Positions 14,443-20,000 of a stretch of 20,000 nucleotides of DNA are shown one piece after another; within the stretch, counting starts at the first letter, position 1, and the number at the start of each line of letters is the position of its first letter. The notes below the pieces were generated by a model. That model was not told where the DNA came from and ran no database searches. It worked only from the letters and a program-made list of their open reading frames with translations. The position numbers and the translations under genes were made by a program. Source of the stretch: an uncultured virus (IMG/VR IMGVR_UViG_3300037458_000449) (lineage: Duplodnaviria > Heunggongvirae > Uroviricota > Caudoviricetes); IMG/VR virus record IMGVR_UViG_3300037458_000449; one strand, written 5' to 3'.

Positions 14443-14940
14443 ATGACCACCAGCAACACCACAATTCCGATGTTCGTCCGCGAAGCCGGCCGGCGCTACC
14501 GCCCGGCAACCCGAGACGAAATCCTCGTCGCGGCCGGCAGCTTCATGTACCGGCAGATGCTCGGCGAGACGCTGCGCAGCCCCGACCACACCAGCAAGTA
14601 CCTGACGAGCTACCTCGGCAAGCTCGACTACGAAGTGTTCGGCGTCATCCTGCTCGATAACCGGCACCGCATCATCCACGTCGAGGAACTGTTCCGCGGC
14701 ACGATCGACGGCGCCAGCGTCCACCCGCGCGAGGTCGTGCGGTTGATGATCCTGCATAACGCCGCAGCCATCGTCCTGTTCCACAACCACCCGAGCGGCA
14801 ACCCCGAGCCCTCGCAGGCCGACGAGCTCATCACCCACCGCATCCGCGATGCCGTCGGCCTCATCGACGCGCGCCTGCTCGATCACTTCATCGCCGCCGC
14901 TGACCGGACCGTGAGCTTCGCGGCAAGGGGTCTGCTGTGA
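14443..14940 (+). CDS. radC: RadC-like JAB/MPN domain protein (short, mobile-element type)
   Basis: EVFGVILLDNRHRII...LFRGTIDGASVHPREVV...HNHPSGNPEPSQAD...LLDH. Confidence 0.95.
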   Translation: MTTSNTTIPMFVREAGRRYRPATRDEILVAAGSFMYRQMLGETLRSPDHTSKYLTSYLGKLDYEVFGVILLDNRHRIIHVEELFRGTIDGASVHPREVVRLMILHNAAAIVLFHNHPSGNPEPSQADELITHRIRDAVGLIDARLLDHFIAAADRTVSFAARGLL

Positions 14941-15137
14941 AAACCGCCAAGCTCAAGTGCGGCTGCCAGTTCACCCTCGGCGACGTCGAACGCTGGACCG
15001 AACTCTGCCCGCCCCACAAGGCCGAGGCCGACGCGATCCACGCCCGATGGGATGCCGAGCGCCGCGCCACCCCGCCCCTGCCCCCGCGGCAGGAACTCCC
15101 CGCCCGCAACGTCATCCGCATCGGGAGGACGCCATGA
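14937..15137 (+). CDS. Small Cys/His protein
   Basis: LKCGC...LCPPH; GTGA/ATGA overlaps. Confidence 0.6.
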   Translation: MKTAKLKCGCQFTLGDVERWTELCPPHKAEADAIHARWDAERRATPPLPPRQELPARNVIRIGRTP

Positions 15138-15355
15138 CCCGCCTCGAACTCAAAGCCATCATGGCCGCCATCGTCGCCAGCGGATACCGAGCCGCCGAGA
15201 CTTTCGACCCCGAGGAACGCGACTCACTCGGCTCCCGCGAACTCGCCCGCCTCGCCGTCCAAGACTCCGAGCGAGTCCTGCTGCTGGTCGAGGAACGCTC
15301 CACCGCAGACGACAACCAGCCCCTCGTCTACCTCGCGCCGGAGACACAGCCATGA
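15134..15355 (+). CDS. Hypothetical protein
   Basis: GGAGG SD; MAAIVASG...LARLAVQDSERVL. Confidence 0.65.
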   Translation: MTRLELKAIMAAIVASGYRAAETFDPEERDSLGSRELARLAVQDSERVLLLVEERSTADDNQPLVYLAPETQP

Positions 15356-15810
15356 CCGCCACCCACACCCCCGGCCCGTGGAGCGTCGTGCGGCAGGGCC
15401 GAGTCTTCCACGTCAACGCCGCTCGCCCGTTCGATGAGGCCGAAGTCGAGGCAGACGCCCGCCTCATCGGCGCCAGCCCCCTGCTCCTTGCCGCCCTCGA
15501 GCGGGCCTTCGAGTTCCTGTCCACCAACTTCGATGACACCGACATGGCCGACATCCTCGGGCCCTGCAGGGAGGCGTTGGAGGCGGCCCGTGGCGAAGTA
15601 AACGCTACGCGCGCGCGGGAGCCCTCGCGCTGGCTGTGCCCGAAGTGCCTGAGTGATCGGGTGCAGATTGGGCTGCCGGCGTGGTTCACGGAGTCCGCTG
15701 ACCTCAATCTGCGCTACGTCGAGGTCGATGCCGAGGCGGAAATCATGTGGTGGAACTGCCTCGACTGCGATGAAACGGACGGCGGCCGGCCCACCGAGGC
15801 GCAGCCGTGA
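15352..15810 (+). CDS. HTPGPW / ARLIAAAP-type phage protein fused to a zinc ribbon
   Basis: THTPGPW...ADARLIGASPLLLAALE; CPKC...CLDC. Confidence 0.7.
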   Translation: MTATHTPGPWSVVRQGRVFHVNAARPFDEAEVEADARLIGASPLLLAALERAFEFLSTNFDDTDMADILGPCREALEAARGEVNATRAREPSRWLCPKCLSDRVQIGLPAWFTESADLNLRYVEVDAEAEIMWWNCLDCDETDGGRPTEAQP

Positions 15811-16010
15811 ACCGCCACGACCCCTACAGCCTCGACGCCCGCGATCGCCTGCTGCTGTGCCGCTCCCGCGTGATGCGGGTTGCCAGCGAGGCGCGGGTCG
15901 GGCAGCGCGAGGCCCGTACCGACGACGCGCGCGAAGTGTGGGCCGCCTTGGAACAGCTGGCGGCCTCGATCGAAACCCTGACCAGCATCGAACTCAGGAG
16001 GGAGCGATGA
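15807..16010 (+). CDS. Hypothetical helical protein
   Basis: GAGG SD, GTGA and ATGA overlaps. Confidence 0.6.
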   Translation: MNRHDPYSLDARDRLLLCRSRVMRVASEARVGQREARTDDAREVWAALEQLAASIETLTSIELRRER

Positions 16011-16177
16011 GATACCGCGACCACATGACGCCCGAGGAAGAACGCGCCCTGCTGGCCGACCTCGAGCATATCGAGGCCTGCTACGCCAGCCAGCCCGAAC
16101 CCGAGCCGCCGCCCGAGGATTGGGAGGACGAGGACGACACCCTGCGGCGGGCTGCGCTAAACTGCGGTCAGCCATGA
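16007..16177 (+). CDS. Small acidic protein
   Basis: AGGAGG SD; PEPEPPPEDWEDEDD. Confidence 0.6.
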   Translation: MRYRDHMTPEEERALLADLEHIEACYASQPEPEPPPEDWEDEDDTLRRAALNCGQP

Positions 16178-16386
16178 GCATCGTCGTAGAGATCGTGGGC
16201 CTCGATGAGAGCCTGGCGCGCGTTCGCGTAATCTCCCTCGACAAGCAGATCGAGGTGGCAATCAGCGCCAGCGATCCATCTTTCGACGCCCTGCGGCGCA
16301 TCGTTCGGCAGGCCAGCTACGAGATTGGCCGGGCGATCGCCGATGACCAGTTACGGGCCTTTGCCGCGCAGACCCGCCAGCCATGA
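16174..16386 (+). CDS. Hypothetical protein
   Basis: ATGA overlaps at both ends. Confidence 0.6.
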   Translation: MSIVVEIVGLDESLARVRVISLDKQIEVAISASDPSFDALRRIVRQASYEIGRAIADDQLRAFAAQTRQP

Positions 16387-16568
16387 CCGACGCCGACAAG
16401 CTCCGCGACCAACTGGCCCGCCTGGGAATCTCCCAGCGCGGGCTGGCGCGCGAGCTCGACCTCGATGAGCGGACGGTTCGCCGGTATTGCGCCGGCGAAC
16501 TGCCCGTGCCGAGGGTCGTCTGGCTTTCGCTCGAGGCGCTGGCCTCGCGATCGCCGAAACCCCGCTGA
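16383..16568 (+). CDS. XRE-family HTH protein closing the radC island
   Basis: LARLGISQRGLARELDLDERTVRRYCAGELPVP. Confidence 0.85.
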   Translation: MTDADKLRDQLARLGISQRGLARELDLDERTVRRYCAGELPVPRVVWLSLEALASRSPKPR

Positions 16569-16697
16569 CCTAGCTCGTCCCCGCGGCCGATCGCCGCGCC
16601 TGCGCCTTCCTGGGCGCTCCGACCGCTCCAACCGATCCGCGCCCCGCTACCGTTCCCGCTAACAGCGTGGCTCCCGGTTGCGGAGGGGTGTTAGCGG

Positions 16698-17150
16698 ATG
16701 TTCTGGCGCGAATTAATGCTTGCCGCCGTCGGCGATGCCACGGTCGAAGAAAAAGCAAGGCTCGCCCGCATTGCGTTTCGCATCGTGGTCGCCGTCCACA
16801 TCGTTTGGGTCTGCGGCTGGCTCGCCCCGCTCGGCCTGTCCGGCGCCGTCTTCGCCAAGGACATCGACCCGATGGTGCAGGCCGCCGTCGAACCCGTGCG
16901 CAGCGAACTCGGCAAGGTCGCCAAGCGCGTCGAAAGCGTCGAGGAAAAGCTCGACTACACCAACGAGCTCGTCGTCGAAGTCCTGATCGGCAACCTGGCA
17001 AACCAGCTGCGCGACCTCAACCGGCTGCGCTGCTCGACCAATGACGAGCATGGACACATGCGCTTGGAGCGCGACATCGAGGACGGCCAGCAAAAGTACA
17101 AGGAACTGACCGGCGAGCGGTACCCATTGGCCGCCTGCAAGGACTTGTAG
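16698..17150 (+). CDS. Membrane-anchored coiled-coil protein, first gene of the lysis cassette
   Basis: GGAGG SD; hydrophobic segment at about aa 25-52, then a coiled coil. Confidence 0.75.
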   Translation: MFWRELMLAAVGDATVEEKARLARIAFRIVVAVHIVWVCGWLAPLGLSGAVFAKDIDPMVQAAVEPVRSELGKVAKRVESVEEKLDYTNELVVEVLIGNLANQLRDLNRLRCSTNDEHGHMRLERDIEDGQQKYKELTGERYPLAACKDL

Positions 17151-17152
17151 CC

Positions 17153-17620
17153 ATGACCCCCGCCGTTCAGGTCCGCGCCCGCGCCAGCATCATGAAGCAC
17201 GAAGGCCTCATGCTGGCCGCCTACGACGACGCCACCGGCCGCGTCGTCCAGCCCGGCCACATGGTCAAGGGCTGGATCACCGTCGGCTACGGCCGCAACC
17301 TGATCGGCCGCGGCATCACCCTGCCCGAGGCCGAATACCTGCTCGCCAACGATCTCTCTGAGGTCGAGGCCGAACTCAATCGCCGCCTGCCCGAGTGGCG
17401 CCGCTGGGCCGAGCCCCGCCAATGGGCGATCTTCGAGCTTGGATTCAACCTGGGCGTCGCCCGTTTCATCGCCGAATGGCCCACGACGGTCGCGCACCTT
17501 CGCGCCGGCCGCTTCGATCGGGTCGCCGGCATCCTCTCCGGGTCCAAGTGGCGCAGCCAGGTCGGCGACAGCCGGGCCCTGCCGATCATCCGAGCCTTCC
17601 ATCGAGGGGTGTGGACATGA
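17153..17620 (+). CDS. Endolysin, GH24 (T4-like) lysozyme
   Basis: HEGLMLAAYDDATG...ITVGYGRNL; FNLG; SKWRSQVG..RA. Confidence 0.92.
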   Translation: MTPAVQVRARASIMKHEGLMLAAYDDATGRVVQPGHMVKGWITVGYGRNLIGRGITLPEAEYLLANDLSEVEAELNRRLPEWRRWAEPRQWAIFELGFNLGVARFIAEWPTTVAHLRAGRFDRVAGILSGSKWRSQVGDSRALPIIRAFHRGVWT

Positions 17621-17829
17621 ATCCGACCGTCAAAGGTGCCGTCCGCTCGAAAACCATCTGGCTCAACGTCGCCCTCGCCACCTTGGGCGGCCTCGAGCTC
17701 ATGGGGTCGCAGATCACGACGCTGCTCGGCCCCGAATGGGCTGCCGCCCTCGTCATGCTCGGCGCCCTCGTCAACATCGCGCTGCGCGTCTACACAACGC
17801 AGGCCCTCGCGGAGAAGGCCGATGGTTGA
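17617..17829 (+). CDS. Putative holin (2 TM)
   Basis: RSKTIWLN...two hydrophobic helices...NIALRVYTTQAL; directly follows the endolysin. Confidence 0.75.
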   Translation: MNPTVKGAVRSKTIWLNVALATLGGLELMGSQITTLLGPEWAAALVMLGALVNIALRVYTTQALAEKADG

Positions 17830-18013
17830 GCGCGCCCACATGCTGCTCAGCGACCACTTGCTCGATGCCCTGGCGTCGATCAACCGGGCCCGTGAGGCCT
17901 CGCGCTCCGAGACGCTGCAGCGACGGGAAACCGTCGCGTTTGAACTTGCCAGCGCCGAGACGTCCATCGGCCGCGTCATCCACCTGATCGCTCACGATCC
18001 ACCGTCGCCATGA
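17822..18013 (+). CDS. Small soluble protein inside the lysis cassette
   Basis: 63 aa; GGAG SD; fills the gap between holin and Rz with overlaps. Confidence 0.55.
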   Translation: MVERAHMLLSDHLLDALASINRAREASRSETLQRRETVAFELASAETSIGRVIHLIAHDPPSP

Positions 18014-18516
18014 GTCCAACCGTCATCAAGCTGATTGGATGGGGCCTGATCGTCGCCGGCGTGGCGCTGATGGGCAACCGTGTCACCACCTGGCGCGCGT
18101 CCCATGAGGCGTTGCCGGGCGTCGAGCAAGCCTTGGCCCGCGAGGAATCCTGCGAGGACGGGTCCAAGTGCTTCGATCGCGTCAACGCGCTGAAAGCCAA
18201 GCAGGCCGAGGCATCGAGGGAGGCAGTAGCGGGCTATGAACTGGAAATTGAGGCTCTACGCAATCGTCCTGAGCGCGTTCGCACTATCCGGCTGTGTCCC
18301 GAGGACGCTGACCGTGACGTGCGTGATGCCGCCGTTGCCGGCCGAACTGGACCGGGATCCGCCGCCGCCGGGATGGTTCACCCAGGAACTCGACCGGATA
18401 TTGGACCGGGGCTCTACGCCCTCACCGGGATCGCCGACGAACTGAGCGCGCAATGCCGGGCGATCATCCAGCGTGACCGCGCCCTGTCGGCCTTGCCGAT
18501 CGAGGCCTCGCCGTGA
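18010..18516 (+). CDS. Rz: i-spanin
   Basis: N-terminal TM, coiled coil, RLCP motif, ADELSAQCRA end; nested lipoprotein gene. Confidence 0.85.
   Translation: MSPTVIKLIGWGLIVAGVALMGNRVTTWRASHEALPGVEQALAREESCEDGSKCFDRVNALKAKQAEASREAVAGYELEIEALRNRPERVRTIRLCPEDADRDVRDAAVAGRTGPGSAAAGMVHPGTRPDIGPGLYALTGIADELSAQCRAIIQRDRALSALPIEASP
18236..18445 (+). CDS. Rz1: o-spanin lipoprotein nested in Rz (+1 frame)
   Basis: Signal peptide with lipobox LSGC; Pro-rich mature part; GGAGG upstream. Confidence 0.88.
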   Translation: MNWKLRLYAIVLSAFALSGCVPRTLTVTCVMPPLPAELDRDPPPPGWFTQELDRILDRGSTPSPGSPTN

Positions 18517-19058
18517 CCAAGGCGAAGGGCAAGACGCCCCGCAAACGCCGCCAGAAATTGCTGATCGAGGGGACCGTCGCTGACCAGGTGCCCAAGGACA
18601 CCGCCACCCCGCTCGACGCCGCGGCCTTCGATGCTCTCTGCGCCCACATCGCCGAGGGCAACAGCCTGCGGGCATGGGCTCGCGAGGCAAATCGGCCAGT
18701 CGCCACGGTCGCCAAGTGGATCCTCTCGAACGAGGATCGCACCAAGCTCTACCGCGAGGCCCGCAAGATGCAGGCCGACGCGCACATTGACGACATCATC
18801 GAGCTTTCCGACAGCCCGGTGCCGGTGGACGACCAGGGCCGCACCGACTCGGCGGCCGTCAACCAGCTGCGGCTGCGCGTGGACACCCGCAAGTGGATCG
18901 CGTCGAAGTACCACCCGGCCATGTACGGCGAAAAGGTGGACGTCAACGCGACGTTCCGCGGCGCCGACCAGAAACCCGACGAGATCCTGGCGCGGATTAC
19001 CGCGCTGCTCGCCGCTCACGGGCTGCGGATCGCACCAGCTGACCCGACCGAGCCGTGA
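18513..19058 (+). CDS. terS: Terminase small subunit (Sf6-like)
   Basis: IAEGNSLR...YREAR..QAD....IIELSD...RLRVDTRKWIASK..P..YGEK. Confidence 0.92.
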   Translation: MTKAKGKTPRKRRQKLLIEGTVADQVPKDTATPLDAAAFDALCAHIAEGNSLRAWAREANRPVATVAKWILSNEDRTKLYREARKMQADAHIDDIIELSDSPVPVDDQGRTDSAAVNQLRLRVDTRKWIASKYHPAMYGEKVDVNATFRGADQKPDEILARITALLAAHGLRIAPADPTEP

Positions 19059-19834
19059 GCCTCGATCTCTCCGCGGTCGTGAGCCAGTTGCCCGCCGAGG
19101 CACAGGCCGAACTCGCCAAGCTGGCCGCGGCCCTCGAGGACTCGGTACGCGCCAACCGCATCCTGCAGTTCTACCCCGACACCGGGCCGCTGCGCCGCGA
19201 GCTCTACCCGAAGCACTTGGAGTTCTTTCGGGCCGGCGCGACCTACCGCGAGCGGTGCTTCATGGCCGCGAACCGCATCGGCAAGTCCGAGGGCGCCGGC
19301 GGCTATGAGTCGTCCCTGCACCTGACCGGCGAATACCCCGATTGGTGGGAGGGCCGCCGCTTCCCGATGGCGACGCAGGGCTATGCGTGCGGCAAGACCA
19401 ACGAGACGACCCGCGACATCGTGCAGACCAAGCTGTTCGGCAAGGTCCGCAGCGAGGGGCAGCGCAAGGTCTTCACCGGCACCGGGCTCGTCCCGGCCAG
19501 GCTGATCGGCGACGTCACATGGAAGCAGGGTGTCGCGGATCTCGCCGACACCGTCCGCGTCCGGCACCGCACCGGGCAATGGTCCGAGGTCAATCTCAAG
19601 TCCTACGCGCAGGGCCGCGGCTCGTTTGAGGGCACCGAGCGCGATTGGATCTGGCTCGATGAGGAACCGCCCGTCGATATTTACGGCGAGTGCCTGATCC
19701 GCACCGCGACCACCCAGGGGATCGTCTACATCACGTTCACCCCGCTCGAGGGGGCTACCGAGGTCGTGCAGTCGTTCATGCCGGCCAAGATGCTCAACGA
19801 GATCATGGAATCGTTCCGCAATGCCCGAAATTAA
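19055..19834 (+). CDS. terL: Terminase large subunit, N-terminal ATPase part (P22-like)
   Basis: Walker A AANRIGKS, KSYAQGRGSFEG, Walker B WIWLDEEPP, motif III TFTP; stops at 259 aa. Confidence 0.93.
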   Translation: MSLDLSAVVSQLPAEAQAELAKLAAALEDSVRANRILQFYPDTGPLRRELYPKHLEFFRAGATYRERCFMAANRIGKSEGAGGYESSLHLTGEYPDWWEGRRFPMATQGYACGKTNETTRDIVQTKLFGKVRSEGQRKVFTGTGLVPARLIGDVTWKQGVADLADTVRVRHRTGQWSEVNLKSYAQGRGSFEGTERDWIWLDEEPPVDIYGECLIRTATTQGIVYITFTPLEGATEVVQSFMPAKMLNEIMESFRNARN

Positions 19835-20000
19835 CCCGTCCAAGTACCTCGTCATGGCGGGCTGGAACGACGTCCCGCACCTGGGCGAGCAGGACAAGAT
19901 CGAACTGCGCCGGGCGTTCGCCGCGCGCCCCCACGAACTCAAGGCCCGCGAAATGGGCATCCCCGTGCTGGGCAGCGGTGCCGTGTTCCCGGTGAACGAG
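19821..20000 (+). CDS. terL: Terminase large subunit, second part (runs off the window)
   Basis: MPEINPSKYLVMAGWNDVPHL...ELKAREMGIPVLGSGAVFPV is the continuation of P22-like TerL, in the +1 frame. Confidence 0.88.
   Translation, partial: MPEINPSKYLVMAGWNDVPHLGEQDKIELRRAFAARPHELKAREMGIPVLGSGAVFPVNE

Larger units (their letters stand above)
1..20000. mobile_element. Lambdoid temperate phage/prophage segment (excisionase to large terminase)
   Basis: Gene order xis - accessory - exo/erf - cI | cro - replication - nin-like - lysis - terS - terL; divergent transcription around 9505-9590; pervasive ATGA/GTGA overlaps. Confidence 0.96.

Noticed and set aside
18236..18445. Nested Rz1 as a novelty
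   Set aside because: Fully embedded Rz/Rz1 is the well-known lambda arrangement
10403..19960. Long minus-strand ORFs in the right arm (e.g. 10403-11338, 16955-17602, 19016-19960)
   Set aside because: Antisense shadows of well-supported genes, expected at high GC3; no motifs
19690..19995. 101-aa ORF as the terminase continuation
   Set aside because: Wrong frame; the conserved WNDVPHL/GSGAVFPV block is in the frame starting at 19821

Overview
GC-rich lambdoid (P22/lambda-like organisation) temperate phage or prophage of a Gram-negative host, with no host genes in the window. Leftward arm (minus strand, 8488->51): small early genes, an Erf / HNH / YqaJ-exonuclease recombination module, DUF1364, about 3.5 kb of overlapping mini-genes built from reused DNA modules, a GIY-YIG gene, a DUF4224 excisionase, and what looks like an aborted integrase start beside tandem repeats. 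Switch: CI-like repressor whose S24 domain lacks the catalytic Ser/Lys, a membrane gene behind it, Cro-like and RHH genes. Rightward arm: replication initiator with internal iterons, SF4 helicase, nin-like small genes, a separately promoted RadC/JAB-led island, a lysis cassette (GH24 lysozyme, holin, Rz with nested Rz1), TerS, and a P22-like TerL split into two overlapping ORFs. Most notable: the combinatorial mini-gene array (including an antitoxin-like N-terminal peptide), the non-cleavable repressor with a shared GGTAWTGACC motif at three promoters, and the split terminase. Family calls come from motif recognition only; no searches were run.
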